Virus record (IMG/VR): IMGVR_UViG_3300027367_000010
Span: 1-26,605 of that record
Origin: a virus
Taxonomy: Duplodnaviria > Caudoviricetes
Direction: 5' to 3' (one strand)
Length of the DNA: 26,605 nucleotides
This document shows positions 8,358 to 17,336 of this stretch, piece after piece. A program made the translations under genes and the position numbers. How positions within the stretch are numbered: the first letter of the stretch is position 1; the number at the start of each line of letters is the position of its first letter. The notes under the pieces are model-generated. The model did no database searches and had not been told where the DNA came from. It saw only the letters and a list, made by a program, of their open reading frames with translations.

Positions 8358-8606
8358 TTAATCCTCTAGAGTAAAATGTTGCTGTGACAAAATCATCGGA
8401 CTTTTAGATTCATGTAACTTAGACCTTTCTTCGTCTTCACTAACCCACATCGTTACAATAGAATCTGTAGTAATTCTTTCATTTTCAAATCCATCATATC
8501 GCACAAGATCCAACGCGATATTCGCTGTTTCAGCTGAAACAATGAATTTGAATTTGGACTTTACACCTTCATAACTTGTTAATGTTAACACTTTCCATAC
8601 TTTCAT
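8358..8606 (-). CDS. Hypothetical protein
   Basis: 82-aa ORF, tightly packed. Confidence 0.6.
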   Translation of the reverse strand: MKVWKVLTLTSYEGVKSKFKFIVSAETANIALDLVRYDGFENERITTDSIVTMWVSEDEERSKLHESKSPMILSQQHFTLED

Positions 8607-8608
8607 AC

Positions 8609-8884
8609 TTAACCCACCAATGTTTTAGATACGTCAGGAAAGATTTGGTTGCGGATTCTTTTGATCTCAACCATATCCAGTTCAACATAGCCTTCAGCTA
8701 CATCAAGAATATACATCGCATTCGAGCGAAGGGTTCTGATAGCCTTCTCTTGTGATTCAACATATTCAGGTTGGGTGTTATTACGGAACCCGATTAGGTC
8801 ACGTCCCAATTCTGCAGCACGGTCATTTGCTTCAGAGATACAAGCACGATATACGCTGTCTAACATTACCAATTCCTTCATCAT
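8609..8884 (-). CDS. Hypothetical protein
   Basis: 91-aa ORF, GAGG RBS. Confidence 0.65.
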   Translation of the reverse strand: MMKELVMLDSVYRACISEANDRAAELGRDLIGFRNNTQPEYVESQEKAIRTLRSNAMYILDVAEGYVELDMVEIKRIRNQIFPDVSKTLVG

Positions 8885-8888
8885 ATTC

Positions 8889-9005
8889 TTAACCTCTGGC
8901 CGGATGTTTGATTTTGATTTTGCGAGATGGAACTTGGGTGATCTTACCTTTGGCAGCCAAGAACTTAGCTACGTCTGATGATACATTCTCTTTTTTGATA
9001 TTCAT
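8889..9005 (-). CDS. Small basic early protein (38 aa)
   Basis: Not in the track. MNIKKENVSSDVAKFLAAKGKITQVPSRKIKIKHPARG* starts at the cassette ATG. Confidence 0.65.
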   Translation of the reverse strand: MNIKKENVSSDVAKFLAAKGKITQVPSRKIKIKHPARG

Positions 9006-9074
9006 GATATATTTTCCTGTGTATGTTCCGATTCAATATAGATATTATAACACACCTTTAGGGACATGGCAACA
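9003..9074 (-). repeat. Early promoter + leader + RBS cassette, copy 2
   Basis: TTGCCA-17-TATAAT (9072-9044) plus the shared leader. Confidence 0.85.
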
Positions 9075-9179
9075 CTTATTTTCATTTAGCCTAAGTTCTT
9101 TTGAAAGTATCCGGATATTGATAATATCCATGTTCTACATATACTTGTACTTTATAACTCATCATGTCATTTCTCCAGG

Positions 9180-9332
9180 TTAGAAACAAATTGCAACACG
9201 GCCGATGATCGCCTGTACGAAGCTATTATCCATCAATGCCATATCCTGACCGATTGACAAACCGATGAAGAAAGGTACAACAGACGCTACGATAGATACT
9301 AGTACGATGAAGGCGATATGTTTGATTTTCAT
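9180..9332 (-). CDS. Small membrane protein (50 aa)
   Basis: Not in the track. MKIKHIAFIVLVSIVASVVPFFIGLSIGQDM...ICF*, preceded by the same AGGAAAATATATC RBS as the cassettes. Confidence 0.6.
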   Translation of the reverse strand: MKIKHIAFIVLVSIVASVVPFFIGLSIGQDMALMDNSFVQAIIGRVAICF

Positions 9333-9344
9333 GATATATTTTCC

Positions 9345-9542
9345 TTATGCATGACGGAGATTGTACATGTGAATTTCATCAATATGAAGTTTAAGGTGAC
9401 GACTATATGCTTCGACTGCTTCAATTTGATTAAGCAGTTCCGAATCCGATTCATAGTCATTGACGCCTAATTGTGATTTTAATTCTTTGACGTCTGTAAC
9501 AGATTGATCCAACTCGCGCTGATAATAATCTAATTTAGTCAT
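9345..9542 (-). CDS. Small coiled-coil early protein
   Basis: 65-aa ORF starting at the cassette ATG. Confidence 0.7.
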   Translation of the reverse strand: MTKLDYYQRELDQSVTDVKELKSQLGVNDYESDSELLNQIEAVEAYSRHLKLHIDEIHMYNLRHA

Positions 9543-9651
9543 GATATATTTTCCTGTGTATGTTCCGATTCAATATAATAATTATAACACACTTTCAGTG
9601 ACATGGCAACCCGGTAAGCATAAAAAAACCCGCAAAAGCAGGTTTTTTTTT
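9540..9651 (-). repeat. Terminator + early promoter + leader cassette, copy 3
   Basis: Terminator 9622-9651 matches 3795-3820; TTGCCA-17-TATAAT (9609-9581); shared leader. Confidence 0.85.
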
Positions 9652-9655
9652 GACT

Positions 9656-10354
9656 TTAATCTTCTAAGACATCCATTATATCTTCGCCATGCTTACGATT
9701 CCATGCCTCCGTGAACAAGTCTTCCGGATTCGGAACAGCGATTTCCGGCACTTCTTCAGGCACTTCTTCATCTAGTACGGCCGTTAGTTTCTTAACTCGC
9801 GCCTTTAAACGTTTAATAACTTCATCAGCATCCATGTAGATATCTTTATTGTCAAGGATTTCTTTAATTTCCTTTTCTGTCAAGAAGTCTTTATATAATG
9901 ACGTTAGAAGATTGGTAGACCACATCCGATCATGCGATACTTGGTCATATAATTCCCCACCTTTGCCGATCGCGCCACCGGAATAATTGTGGAACATGAA
10001 TGATGAGTGATCAGCAATCTCAATTGAATCTGACATCATCAACGGGATTGTCGCTGCTGAAGCGCACTCGCCTTCTACATGAACGACGATATTTGCTGGT
10101 GTTTCTTGTAGTACTCGGTAGAACTGAATTGCAGTAAACAAGTCACCGCCGCCAGAATTGATATGGATATTGACCGTATCCTCTGGACTTGCGGTACGGA
10201 TTACATGGAACCAATCCGTATATTCAGATGCTTGCTGGATAGTACCCACCAAATAAAATGAGTGAGAGTATCCAATTGGTACGTATGTATATGCCTTCTG
10301 CTCGCGTTCGCCTGTAATAGAACGTGACATATCTTGCTGTCTAAAGTTTTTCAT
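9656..10354 (-). CDS. ClpP-like serine protease
   Basis: IHINSGGGD, VEGECASAAT (catalytic Ser), FMFHN (His), KDIYMDADE. Confidence 0.85.
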   Translation of the reverse strand: MKNFRQQDMSRSITGEREQKAYTYVPIGYSHSFYLVGTIQQASEYTDWFHVIRTASPEDTVNIHINSGGGDLFTAIQFYRVLQETPANIVVHVEGECASAATIPLMMSDSIEIADHSSFMFHNYSGGAIGKGGELYDQVSHDRMWSTNLLTSLYKDFLTEKEIKEILDNKDIYMDADEVIKRLKARVKKLTAVLDEEVPEEVPEIAVPNPEDLFTEAWNRKHGEDIMDVLED

Positions 10355-11015
10355 TTACGTACCTCTCAATTGTTTCCATTAATGGTTTAGCCCATGTATT
10401 TCGGTCTTCAATAAAAATCTGTGTATCACCACCATCAACACCAATTATGGTTACAAGCTTACGAATAGGTTCACCAGTAAGTTCTTCCCACATGATAGCA
10501 TATGCGGTTTCTTGCATAAAATAACTATGACACCATTCTGCTATTTTTGGCTTGCTGGATGTCTTGTAATCGATAATAGCAAGTTCACCATCCCATTCGG
10601 CTATCAAATCAACGCGGCCTGCAAGTCCTAAGAATTCTGAATAAAGAGGAATCTCTTGGCCGCGAACATTATCTACATGTTCAACCAATACATCAGATAC
10701 CTTATTAAACAAAGACGATACAGGAGGCATTGACTTTTCTTGATGTATTTCCTTGCCATGTACAAAGTCTTCAAGTAACTGGTGTACCGCAGAACCACGA
10801 TCCGAAGCTAATCTTGAAACTCGATTAGCTTCTGCCTCGCCTACATTCTGCCTCCACTGTTTAATAGCTTCCTCAGATAAGATTGACAGGCATGTAGTTA
10901 CGGATATTAACTTACCTTTTGGCGTTTCATATACACGACCCAAATCTGTGGTTATTGATTTCAAATTTGAATATGGTAATTCATATCCTATAGTTTTAAA
11001 ATAATGTTGTTTCAT
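10341..11015 (-). CDS. PD-(D/E)xK exonuclease (T4-like marine phage type)
   Basis: SVTT, RGSAVHQLLE, AGRVDLIA...IIDYKTS, YFMQETAYA. Confidence 0.88.
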   Translation of the reverse strand: MKQHYFKTIGYELPYSNLKSITTDLGRVYETPKGKLISVTTCLSILSEEAIKQWRQNVGEAEANRVSRLASDRGSAVHQLLEDFVHGKEIHQEKSMPPVSSLFNKVSDVLVEHVDNVRGQEIPLYSEFLGLAGRVDLIAEWDGELAIIDYKTSSKPKIAEWCHSYFMQETAYAIMWEELTGEPIRKLVTIIGVDGGDTQIFIEDRNTWAKPLMETIERYVNEKL

Positions 11016-11018
11016 AAT

Positions 11019-11735
11019 CTATACCTTTTTTGCGTATATTTCCTCACATCTTAAAAAGTCACGAACTAGGCCCGAACGTACCGAATCTGCTTGCGTGAAG
11101 TCCACACATGTAAATCCAGTCATCATGTCAATGATAGATCTGAAATGATCAACGGCATGCGTGGTATTCTCTTTATATGAGACCAAGTCAATCTGTTTTG
11201 TATCACCTGCGAAAATTACTTTTGTATATTCTCCAAGTCTGGTAATACAGGATGCCAATTCGTGATATGACATATTTTGATATTCATCTACAACAACAAC
11301 AGCGTTATCAATTGTAACTCCGCGAATGTATGATGTGGTCATAAACTCAACCAATCCACCCATCTCCAATGCACTCCAAAGACGATCTGTTTCATATATT
11401 CCAAAAAGTACAGTAAACAGCTGTTTATATGGAGCCATAAACAATGCTTCTTTCTCTTCTTTAGTGCCCGGCATAAATCCCATGTCCTTAGTAGGTACTG
11501 CCGTTCTAACGATTACTACCTTTTCGTAAGGGGTTTCACGATTTAATACTTGTTCCATTGCAAGGTATAATGCCAAGAATGTTTTACCAGTACCAGCTGA
11601 TCCCGACAAGACTAGATTTGAAGGTGCCGCTCCGTTTTGAAATGCATCTAATGTGATTTTCTGGTTTTCTGTTAATGCCTTGATAGTCTTTAAATGTGAA
11701 ATGTTAAACTTCTTTGGGAAAGCAATCGATGACAT
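11019..11735 (-). CDS. phoH: PhoH-like ATPase
   Basis: GSAGTGKTFLA, MGFMPG, YIRGVT, VVDEYQN, ITRLG, GDTKQID, VRSGLV. Confidence 0.93.
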   Translation of the reverse strand: MSSIAFPKKFNISHLKTIKALTENQKITLDAFQNGAAPSNLVLSGSAGTGKTFLALYLAMEQVLNRETPYEKVVIVRTAVPTKDMGFMPGTKEEKEALFMAPYKQLFTVLFGIYETDRLWSALEMGGLVEFMTTSYIRGVTIDNAVVVVDEYQNMSYHELASCITRLGEYTKVIFAGDTKQIDLVSYKENTTHAVDHFRSIIDMMTGFTCVDFTQADSVRSGLVRDFLRCEEIYAKKV

Positions 11736-11738
11736 ATA

Positions 11739-11993
11739 TTAATCCTTAATTGTGGTTCGTTTACCTGCGCCCTTTTTCTTAGCACGCAATACTTCTTCCC
11801 AACCTTTGCCAGCTATCCGTCTGGTAGATTTGTGAGTCGCGCCAAATACCGCCGCCGATAATACAATAGCAACTTCCCCCGTCACTGTACATTCAGGACA
11901 AGGGTTATCACACGGCATTGCACGATCATCTATTTTATGTAGTTCTTCAAAAGAATGACCACATTTATTACACCCATACACATAAACTGGCAT
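11739..11993 (-). CDS. FmdB-like zinc-ribbon protein
   Basis: MPVYVYGCNKCGHSFE...CPEC. Confidence 0.8.
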   Translation of the reverse strand: MPVYVYGCNKCGHSFEELHKIDDRAMPCDNPCPECTVTGEVAIVLSAAVFGATHKSTRRIAGKGWEEVLRAKKKGAGKRTTIKD

Positions 11994-12004
11994 TGGCTGT
12001 TTCC

Positions 12005-12223
12005 TTATGCTGTTAGAAGATATTTAAACTCCAACTCATCAATAGAATCATCAATGAGTTGTTGTTTAGTTCGCATGATATGGATCTTATCATACTTGCT
12101 TTTCTTTTCAAGACGTTTTATATAATGACCCAATTCCCGCGAATCTTTACGCAAACGTTCTATTTGGTTTGTACTCATACCAGTATAGCTCAATGACTCC
12201 CTTTTATTTTTATTTGAACTCAT
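12005..12223 (-). CDS. Hypothetical protein
   Basis: 72-aa basic helical ORF within the operon. Confidence 0.65.
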   Translation of the reverse strand: MSSNKNKRESLSYTGMSTNQIERLRKDSRELGHYIKRLEKKSKYDKIHIMRTKQQLIDDSIDELEFKYLLTA

Positions 12224-12254
12224 TTACGCGCAACCTCTCTGAATATATTACATA

Positions 12255-12716
12255 TTATAGTTCAATCAGATTCGGCCAAGTTGATTGAACTAGCCTTTTT
12301 GTAATTCCCTTATACAATTTATTTAACTCCTTGTCTTTCATTGCTACTAGAACAGCGGCATCATCAACATGCACATTCTCTAGCATACTTTGAAACATTG
12401 CTTCCTTTTTCATTCGAGTGATGTTAGCTCCTGACTTATGTCCTTTGACAAAGTACTTTAACTTACCACACTCTTTAGCCATCTGGCCAGGCTGTAGACC
12501 AACCGGACCATCATCTGCTTCGAAAGGCGGAGCGCCAATCGGTAGATCCCATTCAATAGCATCATCAAAAGAACCCTTTAAGATATCTCTTAATGCTAGG
12601 CTATTATATTCACGCAGCAATTCACTTTTAGTTTCATTCTTTCGTGTATGAGATACCAATGCCAGGATCTCAGATATAGTCATATTCTTTTTTTGCTTTG
12701 CCATGATAAACTCCAA
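12255..12716 (-). CDS. Conserved hypothetical protein of T4-like phages
   Basis: WDLPIGAPPF...KKEAMFQSMLENVH pattern; adjacent to RNase H. Confidence 0.75.
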   Translation of the reverse strand: MEFIMAKQKKNMTISEILALVSHTRKNETKSELLREYNSLALRDILKGSFDDAIEWDLPIGAPPFEADDGPVGLQPGQMAKECGKLKYFVKGHKSGANITRMKKEAMFQSMLENVHVDDAAVLVAMKDKELNKLYKGITKRLVQSTWPNLIEL

Positions 12717-12719
12717 TTT

Positions 12720-13613
12720 TTAAAAAAAGTCTTGTACACATTCTACCAATAGACGATGTCTGTTGGCCATTAGGAAAGGCATTAATTTGCCCTTGTCCGT
12801 TCGGTTTGAATTTTGCGTTTCATAATCCTTGTAGATATCTTCGACAATATCTTTCGGAATCTGATCGCAAAGATCCATCATTTTTGTATTACGTATAAAG
12901 TTTTTAATCTGCGCATCATCAAGAAAGTCTTCCAATTTTCCGAGGTCAAATTGAATGACACCAGAAATTTTGGCAATTAAGTCTTTACTGACAGATTTTT
13001 GACGAGGCGAATTTTCAGCTACAAACTGATCGTCAGGCGAGTGGATATTTGGAATGCCATCTTTTGATTGTCCACGCATAATATTTTCAATAAGATATGT
13101 GGTAGGACCATTTTCAGGAACCATCATTTTCTTATTAAGAACAGAGTATTGTTGGACATTCTTGAATCGCTGCAGTTGTTGGAAATCCGAATCTGATGAT
13201 ACGATCATCACAGGATTACCACGTCCAAAGGCCTGAGTATATTTAACCATTGCGGCTATACAATCATCGGCTTCAGCGCGTTCATGTTGTAGAAAAATAT
13301 ATGGCGAATTTTCACGTAGTTCTTCTACGATCTGGTTCAGCATAGAGTATACGTTTTCCCAATCAAGCTTAGGTTTCTTCTTCACATCCTTTCGATTGGC
13401 CTTGTATTGTGGAAATACTTCTTTTCTCCAAGACCTGCCTTCAAGGCAAACAACCATTCGTGTATCATCAGAAGTAGAATAATGTTCACGGAATTTGAGG
13501 TTATACTTTCGCAATTCATTAAGTATAAAGACTCGTAAGTCGTCAATGTCTTTATCCATTTTCTGAGAAATGATCTGGCCGATCATCGCTCCGTTAAAGT
13601 CAATCAAAATCAT
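12720..13613 (-). CDS. rnh: T4-type RNase H (5'-3' exonuclease)
   Basis: MILIDFN, SWRKEVFPQYKANR, AEADDCIA, IVSSDSDFQQL, DGIPNI. Confidence 0.93.
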   Translation of the reverse strand: MILIDFNGAMIGQIISQKMDKDIDDLRVFILNELRKYNLKFREHYSTSDDTRMVVCLEGRSWRKEVFPQYKANRKDVKKKPKLDWENVYSMLNQIVEELRENSPYIFLQHERAEADDCIAAMVKYTQAFGRGNPVMIVSSDSDFQQLQRFKNVQQYSVLNKKMMVPENGPTTYLIENIMRGQSKDGIPNIHSPDDQFVAENSPRQKSVSKDLIAKISGVIQFDLGKLEDFLDDAQIKNFIRNTKMMDLCDQIPKDIVEDIYKDYETQNSNRTDKGKLMPFLMANRHRLLVECVQDFF

Positions 13614-13645
13614 AATCTACTCCAATTAATTTATCCCATATAACT

Positions 13646-13674
13646 ATTATCACACATAATACATCAAAAAGCAA
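13646..13674 (-). promoter_or_regulatory. Sigma70-type promoter for the rnh operon
   Basis: TTGCTT-17-GATAAT with TGTGT upstream of the -10. Confidence 0.55.
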
Positions 13675-14113
13675 CGTTTATTTTTTCAATCAAAGCCTCT
13701 TTATGTTTATTGAGATGGGCCCTTCTGACCTTGCACTGGATCCAATCATTATAGTAATCGTCGGATATGATGGCATCACGAAGAAATTGCTCTCTGGCTT
13801 CCAAGTACCCACACTCTGATTTGGTAGTGCACAAGTGTAATATGACTCGTGAGAAGTTTTCCTTCCCATGTTCTTGAATGTCTGCACTGAATCTTTCAGA
13901 TGATCCATAATATTTCTCCCAATCCGATACAGCTTTATAACGTTTGCCTTTACCTTTAACTTGCTTTCTTTTAATTGATACAAAAAATTTCTTTCCAATG
14001 TACTTCTTCCCGTTTAAATTATTGGTGATCATGTATACAAAGCCAACATAAACAGGCTTAGAAGGGTTGAAGTCTTCCGGTAAGGCGAAGACTTCGTTTT
14101 GATAATTCCACAT
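13664..14113 (-). CDS. Single-domain GIY-YIG (Seg-like) nuclease
   Basis: GFVYMITNNLNGKKYIGKK, YYGSS, YLEAREQF, YYN. Confidence 0.85.
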   Translation of the reverse strand: MWNYQNEVFALPEDFNPSKPVYVGFVYMITNNLNGKKYIGKKFFVSIKRKQVKGKGKRYKAVSDWEKYYGSSERFSADIQEHGKENFSRVILHLCTTKSECGYLEAREQFLRDAIISDDYYNDWIQCKVRRAHLNKHKEALIEKINVAF

Positions 14114-14159
14114 AATATATTTTCCTTGTTTATTATATGGAATTATTTATGTTAGGTAA

Positions 14160-14411
14160 TTACCATTTGGTTTTAGAAACCCAGTTCTGTAATGCCATGT
14201 AATCACCAATTACCTGTTCTTCATCTGTTCCAAGATCCTTAATAATATAAGGTACAGTCCGTTGCCCTGGATACATGATAGCGAAGTTTGCAGTAGTGAT
14301 ATCATCCCCCAGCACTTGCTCTTCATAATCAATTCCACGGTTGTTCATTAACGCTTTCGCATTAATGCATGAAGGACATGCTGGTGATTTTCTTGTGTAT
14401 ATTGTAATCAC
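14160..14411 (-). CDS. Glutaredoxin
   Basis: CPSC active site, RTVPYI, IGD; GTG start with AGGAG RBS; follows the RNR gene. Confidence 0.9.
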   Translation of the reverse strand: MITIYTRKSPACPSCINAKALMNNRGIDYEEQVLGDDITTANFAIMYPGQRTVPYIIKDLGTDEEQVIGDYMALQNWVSKTKW

Positions 14412-14458
14412 ATTATTCTCCTTAAAAATTTCTTGTGTATATCGTAATCATATTATTT
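14389..14458 (-). repeat. Duplicated 5' end of the glutaredoxin gene (mini-ORF MITIYTRNF*, 14451-14422)
   Basis: AATAAT(A/G)TGATTAC(G/A)ATATACACAAGAAA occurs twice, 40 nt apart. Confidence 0.85.
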
Positions 14459-14461
14459 TTC

Positions 14462-16726
14462 TTAAAAGTCAATTTCGCAATTACCACCAGCACATGCCGA
14501 TGATCCTAATGTATCTACGTCAATAAATTTCTTATCATGCAATTCCTCAACCCAATTAATTGGCTTTTGATTTGCAATAATCTTCTTCCACTTATGTAGG
14601 ATATAAGCATCTTTGAGGCATAGCTCGGTCATTTTCTTATCGCCATTCATGTAGTTATCAGCGAACCTATTGAACCGGCGAACCCAATCAGATTTCTTAG
14701 CATTCTCAGAACTTTCAAGTGAAATGTCATCACCCATGCCTACTGCTGTAGAACAAGCAGCCCAGAGATTACTGAATACTGATAGGCCATCTACCACCAA
14801 TCCGCTAGCAAAGATAGCGCCATCGCCATACTTCTCAACCATCTCTTCAGCAGTATAAACCGCAGTATTTGGAGCTTGGTTGTAATCGCGATCGCCTGTC
14901 ATTGACAAGAAGGAAATGCCAGAGAAGCTATAACGATTCTCAAATACATACTCTTCTACTTCATCCCAGTCATCAACAATAATCGTATTGGATACATTAT
15001 GTCGTAGACCTTCATCTGCACACAAATCAACATCTGTTCCCGCCTCAATCCAATGCTTCTGGACTGCAGCTACCTTAGCTAAGTGATCAACACCCAACAA
15101 GTCATTTTTGAAGATTGAGCCTTCATTTGGTACAATTGGAAATGAGATGACATAATCAGAATTTGTTGATGACCATACAGAATCTTCAACCATATGCGGA
15201 TTAGTTCGTTTGATCAACGCACCAACTTCAGAGTCTTTGGTGATCTGTACATTTCTCAAATAACGAGCAGAGTGTTCAGCATGAATACCAGATGCTGTTT
15301 TCAATAGAACCGAGGCATTACCAGATGGCTTCACGCAAGTGGTTCTGGCAGCAGGATTAATACCAATCAACGCAGCAAGTTCTTTATTCACTTCCTTAAT
15401 GATTGTTGCACCTTTTTCAAGAATCTTTTCATCAAACAAGATATCAGGACTATTCATCCAACCTGTAATCGATGCGCCAATCAATGCTTCACGTTCAAAG
15501 ATTTTCTGAGTAGTTTCTGGCAAGAATTTGAAGTCAGTATATCCTGCCTGCAATGTACCCAAGATAGCTGAAGCACGACAAGCCTTATAGAAGTCTTCTT
15601 CAGTAAGACATAATGATCCATTGATCTCTGTAAGATTACATCCCTGCCAACCAGACACACCATCGATTTGAGGAAACATGCCAATCTCAACACACGGATT
15701 TACTGTATGTTCACGTGACTTAACCAATACAAATCCAGGCTCTCCAAACTCACGTACCATTTTCATTGCTTCTGCAAATTCTGGTCTTGTAATTTCATCA
15801 CGTACAATGACCACTGAATTATTTGACCTGCCGCGCTGCGGATTGTCATTAAACCAATTACCTGTCTTGGCTGTAAGCATTTCCATATCGTCTGGCGAGA
15901 AAAGACAAATTGTAGCTGATCTACGAACGCCACCAGATAGTACTGCATCAGCAATAAACATACAGATATCATATACATGGATAGGGCGCAATTTAAGTGA
16001 ACCAGATTCAGATTTATTCAACAGACCTTGTACCAGATGTTCAATATGATCCAAACACTTACGTAATCCTTCAGGTCCAGGTGCTTTAAATCCACCTGAA
16101 ATCATTGAACCTTTTGGACGAATTGAATTCAAATCAAAGAATACTCTTCGACCATTAAATTCAGAATGCTTACCACCTTCCTCTATATAAGAAGATACTA
16201 ATACATCAATAGCCGTAGCCCAACCTTCAATTGAGTCTTCAACTACATGCGTTTTTGGTGCTTTCTTACGAACAGCGATAGTAGGCATTTTGGCAACGTG
16301 ATGTTTCTGTACAGAGAAACCAGCTCCAGCTCCACATAATAAAATGTAGAAGAATTCGCCAAAAAATTCAGGTCTATCAGCATATGATGATGTACAGTTA
16401 TACATTCTCATTTGATGTTTAAGTAACTGATCACCACCAAACTGCAAACTTCGTTGCGCTCCAAGCACACGCTTTTCTTTATACCCTTGTCTTGCCTCTT
16501 CAATAAAACTTACAATCTTATCAATTGACTTTGCATAGAAATTAGAATGCATAGCCATCACACGATCTACTGCTTCATCCCATGTTTCATATCGATTCAG
16601 CGAATCATTAAATCTCGCATATGAGTCAAAGAATTTTGTATCCGACATCATTTGTCTGGCATCCGTCAATCTATCAGCACGAATAGATACCATTGATTTC
16701 GGGCGTGGAGAGAGTTTTACGGTCAT
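14462..16726 (-). CDS. nrdJ: Class II (adenosylcobalamin-dependent) ribonucleotide reductase, monomeric RTPR-like
   Basis: YNC, GAGAGFSV, GGVRRSA, NPCVEI, CNLTEIN, TCVKPSG, C-terminal ACAGGNCE; no nrdB alongside. Confidence 0.88.
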   Translation of the reverse strand: MTVKLSPRPKSMVSIRADRLTDARQMMSDTKFFDSYARFNDSLNRYETWDEAVDRVMAMHSNFYAKSIDKIVSFIEEARQGYKEKRVLGAQRSLQFGGDQLLKHQMRMYNCTSSYADRPEFFGEFFYILLCGAGAGFSVQKHHVAKMPTIAVRKKAPKTHVVEDSIEGWATAIDVLVSSYIEEGGKHSEFNGRRVFFDLNSIRPKGSMISGGFKAPGPEGLRKCLDHIEHLVQGLLNKSESGSLKLRPIHVYDICMFIADAVLSGGVRRSATICLFSPDDMEMLTAKTGNWFNDNPQRGRSNNSVVIVRDEITRPEFAEAMKMVREFGEPGFVLVKSREHTVNPCVEIGMFPQIDGVSGWQGCNLTEINGSLCLTEEDFYKACRASAILGTLQAGYTDFKFLPETTQKIFEREALIGASITGWMNSPDILFDEKILEKGATIIKEVNKELAALIGINPAARTTCVKPSGNASVLLKTASGIHAEHSARYLRNVQITKDSEVGALIKRTNPHMVEDSVWSSTNSDYVISFPIVPNEGSIFKNDLLGVDHLAKVAAVQKHWIEAGTDVDLCADEGLRHNVSNTIIVDDWDEVEEYVFENRYSFSGISFLSMTGDRDYNQAPNTAVYTAEEMVEKYGDGAIFASGLVVDGLSVFSNLWAACSTAVGMGDDISLESSENAKKSDWVRRFNRFADNYMNGDKKMTELCLKDAYILHKWKKIIANQKPINWVEELHDKKFIDVDTLGSSACAGGNCEIDF

Positions 16727-16757
16727 AAGTGTTCCTCATTATTTTTAGTGATTATTA

Positions 16758-16786
16758 ATTATACCATAGAAAGTGGCATAATACAA
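16758..16786 (-). promoter_or_regulatory. Sigma70-type promoter for nrdJ
   Basis: TTGTAT-17-TATAAT with an extended -10 TG. Confidence 0.65.
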
Positions 16787-16807
16787 CATTTATTTTCTTG
16801 ATAGGAC

Positions 16808-16832
16808 AAAAAAAGCCAGACCGAAGTCTGAC
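16808..16832 (-). terminator. Intrinsic terminator with a cUUCGg tetraloop
   Basis: GTCAGAC-TTCG-GTCTGGC followed by T7. Confidence 0.88.
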
Positions 16833-16851
16833 CTTTTATTGAAACTGAGAT

Positions 16852-17325
16852 TTACTTAGATGATGAATTTTTCTTTTCGAATGCTCGATTGCCGAACCAA
16901 AAAGATATAACTGCAGCAAAGATCGCTTGTGTTTCAGGATCCCATACTACATCCATCGCAGCTAATAATGTATCACCCGAACCAACAATTTCAATTATCA
17001 GGGCAACTTTCATTGCTGTAAAGAGGCCCATGAACATATATGTGATTACAGGTCGGACTGATTTTCGTAGTCCACCAAAGAAACCAGAATCGTTTGACAT
17101 AGAAGTATCATGTGCAATCAAACGCTCATGTTCTTTGTCAGCAGCCTTAGTTTCATATGTTTTTAATTCCAATGCCACACCCTTCTCAAGAGCCTGTAGA
17201 TCAAGCTTCTTCATTTCAGCAGTGTGCTTATTGGCAGTTTTTTGCTTGTGAATATCTACTATAGTAGGTAACGCGGAACCCGCGAAACCCACCAAAGAAG
17301 AGATGATAGACGTTAATGCAATCAT
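16852..17325 (-). CDS. Holin-like membrane protein (3TM, GTA-holin-like)
   Basis: N-terminal hydrophobic helix, coiled coil, SVRPVITY-TM, TM-FWFGNR, basic tail. Confidence 0.65.
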   Translation of the reverse strand: MIALTSIISSLVGFAGSALPTIVDIHKQKTANKHTAEMKKLDLQALEKGVALELKTYETKAADKEHERLIAHDTSMSNDSGFFGGLRKSVRPVITYMFMGLFTAMKVALIIEIVGSGDTLLAAMDVVWDPETQAIFAAVISFWFGNRAFEKKNSSSK

Positions 17326-17336
17326 ACGATTACCTC

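Noticed and set aside
6774-9651. Repeats considered as a CRISPR array or IS ends
   Set aside because: They are spaced by whole genes at irregular distances, contain promoter and RBS elements, and have no cas or transposase gene nearby.
13664-14113. GIY-YIG gene as an active mobile homing endonuclease
   Set aside because: Only the catalytic domain is present (149 aa) with no evident DNA-binding extension, so mobility is unsupported; kept as a plain nuclease call.
7473-16726. Introns or inteins in thyA and nrdJ
   Set aside because: Both are continuous ORFs of ordinary length with no intein splice motifs evident.
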